A DNA stretch of 64,000 bases from Octopus sinensis (GCF_006345805.1 NC_043012.1:12958001-13022000); one strand, 5' to 3'. Shown: positions 41,481 through 55,600, numbered from the stretch's first letter. The notes: generated from the letters alone by a model not told the origin. Made by a program: numbers and translations.

Positions 41481-44400
41481 ATTTTGGTGGGGGAGGAAAG
41501 GTCAATTTAATCTATAAGGAAACCCTTATCTATATATTAATTCCATAAGTAAGAATTAATTACGCTGTCACATATTTAACTGAAGGGCAAGCCAAGGAGC
41601 AAAAGGAAACGAAGGAAAGAGATGTCCTAACGATGAAAAATCTGGGGGAATTAATGATTACTAGAAACTTACATGAAGGGAGAGATGTACAACGATTTTG
41701 AAATACAATGTTTAGCAAAGAAGTGGTGAGATTCTCAGTGAGAATCTGAACGTCTGCGATGTCAGTGGGGGGAAAGAGTTTGACGGAGATGAGCTTAGAG
41801 CGGTGAAAGTGTTCTAAACGCACTGGTCTAGTCCCCGAGCTTTGTTGAATCGGGGATATATGTCAAATACTGGCTATCACGTGTGAGACGGATCCGGCTC
41901 TGGGATGAAACCATTGTGAAGATTGTCCCGTCACCTTCCTTTGGCTGGGAAGTACCGGTAGTGTTTCTTTATTTCGCGGCCTGAACGAAAGAGATTGTGT
42001 AGTGGACCAGATTGAAATTTCATCAATGTTGACTTCAGAATGAAAGGGAAGATGTATAAGGAAATTCTGCCTCCCAGTAACTTTTTTAGACGTTGAAAAA
42101 CGGTCTGAGTGAACGGACTGAGTGAATTATCTCAGTAAACTATTCTAGTCATGCGTTTGTAGGGTGGCAGAAGACGATGTGGGGTGGCACTTGCCCTGGT
42201 TGTCAGGATGACCGTGGTTTTGTGACCACGATCCAGCCTTAAAAGTCTCCCTCTTTTAAGGAATTATTCATTGTTATAATTATATATCGTTTTTATTTTT
42301 ACTGTTTGCACGCCTTTTGTACAACTCCACATTGCTTTGTGTTTTACCGTCCCCAGTGGTTTTTTGTGAACCCTTTATGATTAATAGCTAAAATATTGCT
42401 AATAGAGAATGTTATAAAAGGAGGTTAATTTAAGAGTACCGTCATTCATGTTGCGTTATTTTATACAATTTTGGAAGGAAGAAATCTGGTGCGGAAAGTG
42501 TATTATGTATTAGATGGCATTAGTTAATATCAAGCTTACATTTAATCACATGAAGATGAAATATATGCTTGTGTAACTTTAAAATAATTATAAAGCAAGC
42601 CGAAAAATGAAATATACTAAATGTACACTGGGGTAACATGGAATATTTTATTTCATTTTGGAAGTGATGAATGTGTATTTAGACGATGCCGTAGAAACAG
42701 TAATACCATAGTGTAGAGTGGAGTCATGTAACAGACGTGCAATATCTAAGAAATAAAACATGAGAAACTTCTTACTCTTACTGACAGACATTTAATCTCT
42801 ATATTAAAACAGATTTTAAAGTAAAAGTAAGCAATTTAAAAAAAAATTAATAAATAGTCTCAATAAAAGCACTTTCAGAGTTACCCCATTTCCCATGGCA
42901 CCAGCTGACAAAATGGAAACGGTGTTGTCCTGGAGAAGAGCATGGGAAATGTGCTGTTGATAGCCATATCAGCGCAGATAGCGGTGAGCAGGGATATATA
43001 TTAGAGACTGTTTAGATTGCTGCAATTATATTAATACGAAAGGGTTAATGTTTGAATTATGTATCAATCTGTGGCAAAATCTTGTTTCGAATATATTCTA
43101 TTAAACTTCTTCAAAATGATTCAAATAAGTAATTAGTAAACTTGTAATTTGCGTCCACAATGCAAAAGTTTTCAATAGAAATATTTTTCATTATGTAGGT
43201 ATATCGTAAAGGATATATAAAATATCATTAATTATGGCCCAACTGAAATTATTTCAAACTTTCCCATTTCCTCATTATTATGTGAAACACAAATAATTTT
43301 GAAACGACAGTCGGGAATTGAAATTCATGTTTTGCTATCATTCTTGTTAGTCATGGTCGATCTGAAACGATATTCATTTGTTCATCAATTCCCAAGCAAA
43401 TGTACCTTCTAATTCAAATATCCCCTATTATTCTTCCGTGATAAATTACGTATTAAATAGAGTAAGAAATTATTACTTAATATGTCATATTTGTGATGTA
43501 TAAATCCCAAAATGTTTGCTTGGCCTTTCATACAAAGTTATGACTTGTGAAATAAGTTTACAAGGAGAACAATAAAGCGCTGGGATGATAAGCAGCAGAT
43601 TCAGGCATACAATTATTACAACTAAATTTAATCAAATTTAAGTGATACTGTCCATATCAAAAATAAAATCTTTAACAAACACCACTGAAATATAGAAGTG
43701 GAACTAGAATAATCTGTTTGGTATTTCGTAGATATTGAATATGTTTTCAATATATATCCCGTTCGTTTGTATACATCCGGTACAAATTGAATTTTAAAAT
43801 TCTGACTTTCAAATTGTTTCTATGTTAAAGTGTGAGTTAAAATATGAAAAACTTGCAGTGGATTCATTTTCAAAATGCTTGTATATACTTGTGTATATGA
43901 ATATATACGGGTGGTCTTCGAAATTACGTGACGTTACGTGAGAAACCTCGGTTTTTCAAATATGCCACTTCACATTTAACAATGGGTTTAATTTAAAGTT
44001 GCTATAATGTTCGGTGTTAGAAAGTTTCTCTATGCCACATGTCATAAATAGATATTGACGAAGATGATGATGCAGGCAATGCAACTTGTGCGATTAGATA
44101 TATCATAAATATAAAGTATTTGCTTCTCATTCATTAAAAAGTATTGTGACTCGTAATTGTATAGTATTCATGTTAAACATTCAAACAGATTTTTCCACCG
44201 TTTTATTTATTTATATACAGATTGTTATTTCTGTGTGGGGACGCTAAACTGTAAATACAAAACATTTATTCACAGTGTCTGCAATCTCTTATCTGTGTTA
44301 TTTCATATGCAAATAGCTGTAAATGACTAAGTCCATTCCATTTATAAATTAGGTATATTAGATAAACAGTTTCACTAATTATATTGCTTCATCCACTTGC

Positions 44401-44630
44401 TTGATTAATTCACATACAAAGTGTAGAGTGAAAGAGGTTTTTACAAGAAGACGTCACCCAAATCAAACTTGGCCTGACTTATCTCATTTAAAATATTGTT
44501 GATTATATTTCAATCTAATTAAGACTATTAGCCTACAAATACAGGAAAAATATTGTGAATTGCGTTTATTTCATGGAAACTAGTGGTGAATTTGGAAATA
44601 GATTTCGTTTTATATATTTTAAAAATAAAA

Positions 44631-44833
44631 GGTGGCGAGCTGGCAGAAACGTTAGCACGCCAGACGAAATGCGTAGGCGTATTTCGTCTGCCGTAACGTT
44701 CTGAGTGCAAATTCCGCCGAGGTCGACTTTTCGTTTCATCCTTTCGGGATCGATGAATTAATTACCAGTTACGCACTGGGGTCGATGTAATAGACGTAAT
44801 CCGTTTGTCTGTCCTTGTTTGTCCCCTCTGTGG
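44631..44833 (+). mobile_element. SINE family A copy
   Basis: ggtggcgagctggcagaaacgttagcacgcc...aaattccgccgaggtcgac...taccagttacgcactggggtcgatgtaat. Confidence 0.9.
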
Positions 44834-45155
44834 TCATTTTGCCAGTTTAGCATTTCCTCCCACACTCACTAACTAAACATAGACACACATAGAAGTATAC
44901 GCATGCGCAAATGAAGATACATACAAGAGGAATACAATATACAAAATGGCTGACCGTTAGTAAGGTGAAACACACAAATAAGAAAGAAGAAAGCAAAGGA
45001 CCACTGATGGGATCACAGGAGTGTGACAAAAGAACTCTGGCCGAAATAAGATTAAGATTAATATAAAAAAATAAATAACGCTGAAGCAAAGTAACACCAA
45101 ATATATACTGCGTGTGTTTTTATTGGCTAAACTGGCAAAATAACCATTCCTAAAT

Positions 45156-45238
<83 letters not shown>

Positions 45239-45240
45239 TA

Positions 45241-45272
<32 letters not shown>

Positions 45273-45629
45273 TAGATAGATATAATCTATGTATGTGAGT
45301 GTGTCTTTCTACATATGCTTCGTTCTGATTTTTTTTTTTTAGATAAACGACACATTATAAACACTACGCTTCAGTTAATTTAGTAATCACGTGATTATAC
45401 CTATTGCTATGTTGGTCCCCTTTAATGCAGACATGCCTCGTATTTAGTGACGCCCATTAAAGTGTCATGTTCCGCTGAAGTACGGAAGCGCTGCTATCTT
45501 ATTAAATTTCACCGAATTTTAATGCCGAGAAGCATTATTTTCTATTAGCAAACACAAAAAAAAAGAAAAAGAAAATTGACCCAGATTTGATTCTGTCTGA
45601 TGTCATCTTTGGCTTCGTTTCTCTCATCC

Positions 45630-45632
<3 letters not shown>

Positions 45633-45669
<37 letters not shown>

Positions 45670-45764
45670 TATAAGTATATATATACATATATGTATACAT
45701 ACATATTATATATATACATACATATATATAATATATATATATATATTATATATATGTATGTATC

Positions 45765-45798
<34 letters not shown>

Positions 45799-45860
45799 TG
45801 TATGTATGTATGTATGTATGTATGTATGTATGTATGTATGTATGTATGTATGTATGTATG

Positions 45861-45890
<30 letters not shown>
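45633..45890. repeat. (TA)n plus a long (TATG)n microsatellite
   Basis: Read directly from the sequence. Confidence 0.97.
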
Positions 45891-45891
<1 letters not shown>

Positions 45892-46674
45892 TAAGAACAG
45901 TGTTGTCGTGGTTTCATACTTGTAGTATTTCGAGTGAAACGTGCCCGCTTGCAAGGCACAAAACGACACGCTTTCCCACACATGTGCACGTGCACATACA
46001 CGCGCGCACACACGCACACACACACCCACACCCACACATATGTACCTTTGCACTTTACAACAAGCCGAGATTAATTTTTAAAATTAATCATTGATACCAC
46101 AGACCTACTATCTTCCGCGCCAACGAATTGAAAGAAGATATTTGTTTTGTGTTGGGAATGTCATTTTGACAATATTAAATACCCGTGTTGGTCCTGTTTC
46201 TCTTCTTTTATTATTATCTAACTAGTTAAACATATATCTAAATGACTAATGCATTGTGTGATTAAATCTTTGGCTAGTTTTATAACAATAATGAAAGAAG
46301 TGATGTCAAGAATTTAGAATCTTCGCTGACAAAATGAAATAATTCTTGTTTGGAGTTATGGTTCTCGAAGCAAATAAACTATGAATATAGCATTATTTAT
46401 AGCTTTGTGCACCTCAAAATAAATGTTTCCCCGCCAAAAAGAAAGCGACTATAAAAGAAGCAAAATAAAAACAGTACGAGAGTTTATTATTGTTATATTA
46501 GGCGTACTGACACTCCCAATACACAGCAACGTGGAAATGATGCGCATACTGAAATAACCAGAATAGGTTTAAAGAATTAACGATTCTATCATTGTGGAAT
46601 GCAAACATGGTTCAAGTCTACTCACAAGAACAGATATGGTCAGAACAATCAGAAGGTTATTTTAATCTCATTAC

Positions 46675-46696
46675 AACAACAGCAACAACAACAAAA

Positions 46697-46738
<42 letters not shown>

Positions 46739-46936
46739 GCTGCTGCTGCCGCTGCTGCTACTACTACTGCAACTAGCACCACTACCATTGTTACTACCAC
46801 TATTACTACTACTATACTACTGCTGCTGCTGCTGCTGCTGTTTCTCCTGCTGCAAAAAGCACTTGTTAGTTTGCCACGTTACTATTTCCCCACTGCTGCC
46901 TCTGCTGCCGCTGTGACTGCTACAACTAGGACATCA

Positions 46937-46968
<32 letters not shown>

Positions 46969-46970
46969 AA
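46675..46970. repeat. Compound trinucleotide repeat (CAA/CTA/CTG)
   Basis: Read directly from the sequence. Confidence 0.95.
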
Positions 46971-47012
46971 AGCTACTGTTGTTATATTTACATCTATTAT
47001 TATGATTATTAA

Positions 47013-47180
47013 GGCGGCGAGTTGGCAGAACCGTTGTTGCGCTGTACGAAATCGTATGCTACATTTCGTCTGTCGTTACGTTCCGAGTTCAAATTCCGCC
47101 AAGATCGAATTTGCCTTTTCTCTTTTCGGGGTCGATAAAATTAGTACCAGTTACGCACTAGGGTAGATCTAATCAAGAAA
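47013..47180 (+). mobile_element. SINE family A copy
   Basis: ggcggcgagttggcagaaccgtt...gttcaaattccgcc...tttcggggtcgata. Confidence 0.85.
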
Positions 47181-47289
47181 TCCCCACATTGCCGAGGCTG
47201 CCCTTATGGCAAAAATTTGAAGTAATAAACCTCATTATTGCGATAGTCAGGGAAAAGTGTGCTGAGCGTCGTCGTCTGCTGTTATCGTA

Positions 47290-48016
47290 CTGCCACATGG
47301 GTCATCTTTGTTTCTCAGAGCTTCATCTCTTTTCGTCGAAGGAATAGCCTGCTTTGGTCAAATTCTTTTTTTCTGCTAGAGAAACAATTTTCATGCTTCA
47401 AACAACTTACATGTCCGTTACCAGGAACAAAACACAAGTTTGCAAGTGCTTTAGGGATGGTCACTTGTCGCTTGAGAACCAAGCACGTTCAGTGCGAGAG
47501 TCAATGACACGAACAAATAAAAAACATCATTAAAATTCATGAACTAATCTAGAAGGAGAGTCACCGAACAATTGATGATCTTGGTGATATGACTGGTGCG
47601 TCCTGCAGCTCCTGTCAACGAAATATGAGTGAGGAGTTGAGATTTAAAAGAATTACAGCAAAATTTGTGCCTCGTTTGCTCACGTAAATTTAAAAGCAGT
47701 CGCGACTGAATGTCTGTCGTAAACCGAAAAAAAAAACAGTTGAAAGTTAATCTGGATCTTTTATCAAAGGTCGTCTTTGGTGACGAAACCCGGTGCTACA
47801 GAATTTACAGATGTAGAAGGGGTGAAGAAAAACAGACGGAGGGGTTAAAATCCATCACTTAGCAAGAGTTCCATCACTTCGCAAGAGTTCCAACAGTTGC
47901 AAATGCGTATGGACCGATGCATTGCTTCAAATAATGTTGATAAAAGTGTAAAATGTAATACTAAGTTAATAAAATAATACTGCAAAAGTTAAGTTTCTTT
48001 TCGGTACCCCTTCGTA
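47290..48016 (+). mobile_element. Internally deleted mariner, same family as 21215-21878
   Basis: SLENQARS, SCQRNMSEELRFKRITAKFVPRLLT, FGDETRCY. Ends in gtttcttttcggtaccccttcgta. Confidence 0.85.
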
Positions 48017-48394
48017 CAATAAGAACTAGTTATAGCATACTCACGAGATATAACAATGGAGTTATAAATGATCGTACTTAATAGTCAACTGGGGAAGGAT
48101 TTCAACCAAGCAGAGGACAAGAGCATCAACGGTGAAAAGAAACAGTTTGAGTATTCAACGCCCGCTCGTATGGAACATGTACGCCCTTTCGACTGATTTA
48201 GAGTACCTATGTCATAGATTTCTTACCCTACACTCGGATTACGTTACCTTTAAATTCCTAAAGTACATGCACTATATTGATTTAAAATAAAGTTTTTCAT
48301 AGTATATATTTTCTATGGTGTGAATAACATCTTTTGTTTAATACTGTTTTTTCTGTAAATTATATATATATATATATATATGCACAAGCGTGAT

Positions 48395-48750
48395 AGTCTG
48401 ATAGCGTGGTAGCTCATGGTTTCAGGTTCAGTCCGAGTGCGAAGGACGTTGGGCAAGTGTCTTCTACCACAGGCTCGGGTCTACCAACAAAGCCTTGTGA
48501 GTAGATTCAGTCCACTGAGACGGAAAGAGGCCACTCGCATATGCGTGTGTGCACGCACGCGCGAGCGTGTGTGCGTGTCTCCGTGTTTGTCCCATATCAC
48601 CGCTGGACAACCGGTGTTGGTGTGTAGACGACCAGGTAACTTAGCAATGCAGCTAAACAAACAGATAAAATGAGCACTAGACTTCGAAAATAAGTCCTGG
48701 TGTCCATTTGTTCGCCTAAAACCCTTCATGGTGCTGCTCTGGCTGCATTA
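48395..48750 (+). mobile_element. SINE family F copy
   Basis: ggttcagtcc...ttgggcaagtgtcttctac...aaagccttgtgagt...gacaaccggtgttggtgtg...aataagtcctgg. Confidence 0.8.
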
Positions 48751-49566
48751 AAACGTCTCAGGTTTAAAAGTTATCACTTTCTTATAGAAAGAAAAAAAAT
48801 TGCCAAATGTAAATATTAACAAAATAGCTGATGGAAAGTGCAGCAAAGTAACGTTCCGCGTACAAACAGCTCACGAGATAACAGTCTTTCACACAGGTAA
48901 TATTCTGAGTAAAAAGAAACAAAAAAACTTCCGTTCACTGAGTTCATTTCGCTTGTTCATCGAACAGTCACGTGGACAATCTAAATAAATCGTAATTCAT
49001 ATTCCCACTATTAAACTCCGCTTTCATTTCTTTCTATCGTAGTGTTGATCTTCAAAACTAACCCTACTAGATTTACAAGAAATTTGAAGCGACCATGATA
49101 ATAGCCAATATGAAAGAAAGGAAGAAAAAATGGTTCCAGTATATAGCCAAATAAAAGAACGTGCTTATAATTACAATGGCTTGACCTTTCTGCCATGCAA
49201 AAGTTTTTAACAATAATTTCACAATAGTTTGTTTGTAGAGCGTTGCTTTTAATAGTATTCGTTATCGTTGAGTTGAGTATATGTTGAGAAGGAGAGTAGA
49301 AAGGGATACATCTGACAGCGATTATTTGCAACCAAAGAAATGTCATGCAATGTTTAAAGATATCCGCAATATCGTCAAATAGGCAAGAAGTTATGGTATA
49401 GAAATTTAAATTGGCAAAATGTTATTTATGTGTAAAAAGCATAAAGAAGAATATGTTACGTGGCATGTTTAACTGAAGCCTTTATACACAGCGACCATTC
49501 TACATATATACACTTATAATCAAATATGCGACACCACCCCATATATATATATATATATAATATATA

Positions 49567-49617
<51 letters not shown>

Positions 49618-49618
<1 letters not shown>

Positions 49619-49902
49619 TGCGCCCTTTTAAAGCTTAGCCAGGCTCATGGGCCCAGTTTCCCGGTTTCAATGGTGGACCTGTTCTCCAGCTGGACGAGAC
49701 GCCAGGACATCGCAGCGTTACTTATTTTTGCAAACTGAGTGAACTGGAGCAACGTGAAATGAAGTGTTTTGCTGAATAACACAACGCGTCACACGGTCCA
49801 AGAATCGAAACCACAATCTTACGATCATAATGCTGCCACCCAAACGACTAAGCCACGCGTCTCCACACACACGCACACACACACATACACAAATATATAT
49901 AC

Positions 49903-49980
<78 letters not shown>

Positions 49981-50226
49981 TGCGCCCTTTTAAAGCTTAG
50001 CCAGGCTCATGGGCCCAGTTTCCCGGTTTCAATGGTGGACCTGTTCTCCAGCTGGACGAGACGCCAGGACATCGCAGCGTTACTTATTTTTGCAAACTGA
50101 GTGAACTGGAGCAACGTGAAATGAAGTGTTTTGCTGAATAACACAACGCGTCACACGGTCCAAGAATCGAAACCACAATCTTACGATCATAATGCTGCCA
50201 CCCAAACGACTAAGCCACGCGTCTCC
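49618..50226 (-). mobile_element. Two identical tandem copies of a CORE-type SINE (49618-49864 and 49980-50226)
   Basis: tRNA-like head and CORE-like centre. The copies appear identical by eye at an offset of 362 bp. Confidence 0.9.
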
Positions 50227-50296
50227 ACACACACGCACACACACACATACACAAATATATACATATATATATATATATATATGTTTCACCCTCATT

Positions 50297-50360
<64 letters not shown>

Positions 50361-50370
50361 ATTTCTTGTA

Positions 50371-51062
50371 TTTATTTTAGTCATGCTGCAACATCGCCTC
50401 GAAGAACTTTTTTTAGTCGAATGAATCGAACCAAATAATTATTATTTTTAAGCCTGGTAATTATTGGATCAATCTCTGGCCTCGGACCGCTAAGTTACCG
50501 GAGTGTAATCATAATATCGCCGGATCTCAAGTTGTAGTGTGAGTCAAACACAAAGGCAGACGCGCGCGCGAACGCTCATGCGTGCACACACACAAAAACA
50601 CACACACAAGCACATACAGACACATACACACATATGTGTGCGTGTTGATATATATATATATATACACGATGTGCTTTTTTTCCGTTTACGTCTGTCGAGT
50701 CCACTCACAAGGCTTTGGTTAGCGCAAGGCTATGGTAGATGACGAGCTGGCAGAAACGTTAGCACGTCGGGCGAGATGCCTAGCGGTATTTCGGCTGCCG
50801 TTACGTTGTGAGTTCAAATTCCGCCGAGGTCGACTTTGCCTTTCATCCTTTCGGGGTCGATAAATTAAGTACCAGTTACGCACTGGGGTCGATGTAATCG
50901 ACTTAATACCTTTGTCTGTCCTTGTTTGTCCCCTCTATGTTTAGCCCCTTGTGGGTAATAAAGAAATATATATAGTAGATCACCCTCGCCCAAGGCGTCA
51001 CGCTGTGGAAGCGAACTTTGAAAAGTGCGGTTAGAAAACAAGCTCCTTACCACACAACCCCC
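50371..51062 (-). mobile_element. SINE family F copy (internal microsatellite), split by the 50741-50970 insertion
   Basis: ccgctaagttac, ccactcacaaggctttggt...ggctatggtaga | ...gcccaagg...ccttaccacacaacc. Confidence 0.75.
50741..50970 (+). mobile_element. SINE family A copy nested in a family F SINE
   Basis: Near-consensus copy flanked by tatggtagat (50731-40) and tatagtagat (50971-80). Confidence 0.9.
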
Positions 51063-51557
51063 ACACACACTCACACAGACACATACAAACATACTCAAAC
51101 ACACGCATGTATAAAGTAAACTACAGAAAGATATGATGCGTTGTTCTGTCTAGCATATTGTGTGCAGAACAAAAGTCTTTTTAGCTGAAATATACTTCCT
51201 CCTCTCGGGAGAAGTGAACAAATTTAAACCAAAAAGTATTTCGAAAAGATTTTTTTAATAAATTAAGATCTCCCTTGCAACTTATTATCAATAATAAAAA
51301 AAAAGAATAGCATGGTGCGCATTGTATATGATACATAAAGCATGTTTTTCTCGAAACAAATTGAGATATTCAGATACACACTGCCAGCTCACAATAGAAA
51401 TAAGCCTTTAAAACCTACATCACACAGAGAACACAGCCACCCGCTCTATGGACATTGCGATCTTTGCCTCTTAGTAAAACAAGTTACAATAAATATTCAG
51501 AATTAGATAATTCCCTAGAGAATTCTTTTTATTCTTTTACTCTTTCACTTGTGTCAG

Positions 51558-51829
51558 TCATTTTGACTGTGGCCATGCTTGATCACCATCTTTTAAACAA
51601 GGAAATCGACCTCCGGACTTATTTTCTTGGAAGCCTGGTACTTATAATATCGTTTATTTTGCCGAACCGCTAAGCCACGGGGACGTAAACACACCAACAA
51701 CTGTTGTCAAGCGGAGGTGGAGGGGACAAACTCAAGCAGAAGCACACGAATATATATATATATAAGGGTGTGTGTGTGCGTGTGTGTGTGGGTGTGTGTA
51801 ATGTATGTATGTATGTATGTATGTATGTA

Positions 51830-51876
<47 letters not shown>

Positions 51877-52030
51877 GACAGGCTTCTTCTAGGTTCCGTC
51901 TACCAAATCCACTCACAAGACTTCGATCGGTCAGCCCGAGTCTATGACAGAAGACACTTGACGAAAGTGCCATGCAGTGGAACCGAACCTGGAACCATGT
52001 TGGGAAGCAGACTGCATACCACACAACCAC
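51558..52030 (-). mobile_element. SINE family F copy with an expanded internal microsatellite
   Basis: ttgactgtggccatgct...gccgaaccgctaag..ggggacgtaaacacaccaac...ttccgtctaccaaatccactcacaag...gaagacacttg...accacacaaccac. Confidence 0.85.
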
Positions 52031-52264
52031 ATTTATTTAGCAATACACATCGATAGGCTTGTTAAAATAGTCTTTCCTTTGCTTTACAGAATATAGTGGG
52101 ATTGTCTTAATCTACAAAGTGGTGATTTATTTATATATATTGCTGATAGTGCGTGAGTTGAAAACTTAACACAAATTCTAGGTAACTGTACTTCACTTAT
52201 TTAAAACTCGGACAATTTAAATAGATGTGAATACGTTATTTTATTCAATTGGTGCCCATTAGAT

Positions 52265-52650
52265 GCACACGCGCGAGCGTCCCCAAAAGTCCATCCCCTC
52301 CTCACCATGGTGGAGACGCTGGCGACGGGTAGTGTCAGAGCTATGCCGTCGGGAACTTCGGTTCCTGGTAGGGCCACTCAAGGCAGATTGGTCTGACACC
52401 GAGTGGTATTAGGGCCACAACCCGGCAGAAAATCCTCGGAGTGTCAGTTTCGGCAACCGGCGGTTCCTCGGTCGTCCTGTCCCTACTGTTTCGGACAATC
52501 TGCGGCAAACAGAATGTCTCTACATGCGGGATTGTTAGGGACCGCTTGTGAAATTCATATTCCCACGAAACCTCTTCCACTGCCATGGTTCGAGATGCCT
52601 CGAGAGTGGTAGAAGAAGCCGACTCAACCCGCCCAGGTTGAATGTCGCCA
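52265..52650 (-). mobile_element. GC-rich repeat resembling an RTE LINE 5' UTR
   Basis: Minus strand has ggccctaccagga...cccgacggcatagctct...ccaccatggtgagg, similar to RTE 5' UTR sequences I recall. No ORF motif. Confidence 0.4.
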
Positions 52651-54014
52651 CAAGTACAAGTAAGTACATTAAATACAGGAAGTTTACCTGTCTAGTTTCG
52701 TAGTTCATCGACCCATCAAGAGAGGATAAATGTCACAGAAATATCTTAAAAGGTATTTAATCTAATGCTTCAGCCATGTATGCAGGTTAATCTACGAAAG
52801 TATGCAAAATAATGCTGAATGTTGATAAACACACAGACACAAATACAAACACACGGGTGCAGATACAGAGATTTGATTGTATACAATATGAAATTGCTGG
52901 CAGTGAAACACATAAATATAATACGAGTACCATATTGTAATATTTTCTTTCTCCTAATATTAAAAATTACAATAATTATCAATTATAATTATATTAAATA
53001 TTGCTCAAATTTTGCAGATACAAGATGAATTAAGCAGCATAGAATCGAAAAACTGCACATATGTCTGAAAATTATGATACATGAACTTAATAGAAACATT
53101 ACTATCATGATGATACATTCTTCAAAGAAATAGCAAATTCCAACTTGTTTCACAGCGTAAAGTAATAAAATTCTGCAGATCGGAATTAAATGTACCTTTT
53201 ACAATCTCGTATTTCCTCTTTCAAAACCACCCGATATAGCATAACATTAGCTGCACTTTACTTTAAAGCACCGATGGCACATAAATAATCTACTAATTCA
53301 TTTACAACGATACACCAAAGGGATTTATTCCATCAGATAATGGAAAGTTTCTTTTCTGTTTTGTAAGTAAATTTGTATAACTACGTGTATGTATACATCT
53401 ACATGTGAATGATTACATAGAGATACCAACTTGTACAAATACACACACACACAAACTCACACACACACGCAAACACACACACACAAACACACACGCACAC
53501 ACACACACACACACGCTCTCTCTATCTCCCTCTCACACACACAATCACATCAGTGCGCATGATTTATGTGGATTTGTGTGTCCGTTTGTGTGTGCGGGAT
53601 TGTATTAATTTCATTACCGGTTAAAGGAAAACTGAAAAGAAAATATATGTTTATATTTCTAAACAATACCAATCGGGTTAATGCAATGAACATCCATATA
53701 AAGGGGAAATAAAGTGTACTTATTGCATTTTGTTTCCAAAGAGATTTCCTCAGAGATACTGCAAAGTAGAAAAATCTTATTACGCATTTAAACTCAGATC
53801 CGATCTCAAATCCATTTTTGTATATACTTTTCAATGACATTTTGCATTTTGTTCAGTAGTTGGCTTCCTACAATTACGATATCGTCTCTTAAATTCCAGT
53901 CCGCTACAAATCGCTTTTGCTTACGCTACTTTCACATTCATTTATGGCTACGCCACTTTGTTTTAATTCCGTATCTTCCACACAAGCTACATGGATTGAA
54001 AGAAAGATGAGAGA

Positions 54015-55600
54015 GTTAGTGACTGGGTGACCCGGGGGCCCGTAAACTGATGCACATCACATGAGTTGTGTGTTGGGCTCGTAACCTCATGCTGTAAAAA
54101 CATTCATATGCTACAGAGACAACGGTGATGAAGCAAGGTATTATTGGTGGACATAGAAGTGAAAGGCATGCCATCTCAGGAGGGACATGTAACTGATGCG
54201 GGCAAAGTGGAAAGGAAGCCGGGATAATGGAAAAGAAATACGAGATGGAATGTACGGACATTGTACCAAATCGGAAAGCTGAGTTAAATGATTCTAAAAA
54301 TGCAAAACTACCATCTATATATTTTTGGCATTTGCGAAATGTGTTGAAAGATAAGGCTTCTATTACATCAGATGAATCCTTTAGTTCTGGAACGGAAGAC
54401 CAAGTATATGTATGCCATTGGTATTATTTTGAGCAGAGAGGCGAGACTAAAATTGAAAATAAAGGAACAGATTATGACAGCCTGCTTGCAAACAGACACG
54501 GGAAAGTTATTATAGTTTAAGTGTATGGAGCAACAGGAACTGAAGTTGCTGGGTAAGATTGGTAAGATAACAATTATGATGTCCTCCAGTCTATGCTTCA
54601 CGAAATAGCGAATTAGGACCTTGAGCCCATCATTGATGACTTCTATGCGTAACTGGATTCTATGAGGCAGTGTATAGCGAGTGATTTAGGACCTTGTGGC
54701 TATAAGAATGAGACAGTTGAGAAAAATGCAGTCGCTGATTGGCAACACAGACATCATTGTTGGGAAAATCTATCATGTCGAGAATATTAACCAGGTAACG
54801 TAGGTCTCCCCTGATGGGTAAACTAGATACAAGATATACCACATCTGCATAAGCTGAAGACGGGCCAAAAGGTTAGATATCGGATTGGAGTACAATATTG
54901 TTGAAAATGTCCTATTAAATTTAAACAAAACAAAATCTCTCAAGAAAAACAAGCCGTTTGAAGTGGCAAAGTTTAAAGACAGCAGCGCTGCTAAATCGAA
55001 GTAGGCAGCAGATTTGAAGTATATCGTCACAGTAGCGACTTTGAGGTGTAGTGGAAGTTGATTCTATAGACTGTAAGCGAAAGTGCAAATGTCACTTTGA
55101 ACAGGTGAATGGGTTCCAATAATGAGAGATGCATAAAAGCAGAGAATTGGACTTGTATCGCCGAAAAGAGCAGGACAAATGAAGGCAGGATCAAGAAAGT
55201 CTAGCCGGTCAGTTCAACCTCTGCGATGATGACTAATGGAGATTAGACCAGGCTGTGAAGAAAATGTACTGAAGAAATAAGCAGTAGTGGTTAGAAAAGA
55301 GAGTATGGAAACTCAAGAAGCTACAGACAAAAACGAATCAAGAACTCTATAGAGGGTCGTGTGCAACGGAGGGGAAACGAGTAAGAGCTGGAAACGGCAA
55401 TTTCGTGAAGTTGTCTGCCGGTCGATCCCAGCAGTAGGCTTTAAAATATGCAACGAACAATCATGATTGAACTGAACATTAACACAGTAGAAATAGACAA
55501 GACATTCCGCAGTCTGCAGAGCAACAAATCAGCCGGCATGCATGAGATACCTGCGGAGGTGTTGAAGCATGGTGGCGAAGCAGTTGTAGGATATCTGACA
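54015..55600 (+). mobile_element. RTE-clade LINE pseudogene (5' UTR, APE, start of RT)
   Basis: RWNVRTLYQIGKL...FGICEM, IIDDFYA, VSPDG, EIDKTFRSLQSNKSAGMHEIPAEVLKHGG. The 5' region includes gttgggctcgtaacctcatgctgtaaaaa. Confidence 0.9.

Noticed and set aside
41560-41900. 87-aa ORF and surrounding GC-richer sequence
   Set aside because: No recognisable domain. It may be an unclassified repeat, but I cannot support a call.
46592-47005. Thr/Ala/Leu-rich ORFs resembling a mucin or signal peptide
   Set aside because: Entirely explained by the compound trinucleotide repeat.
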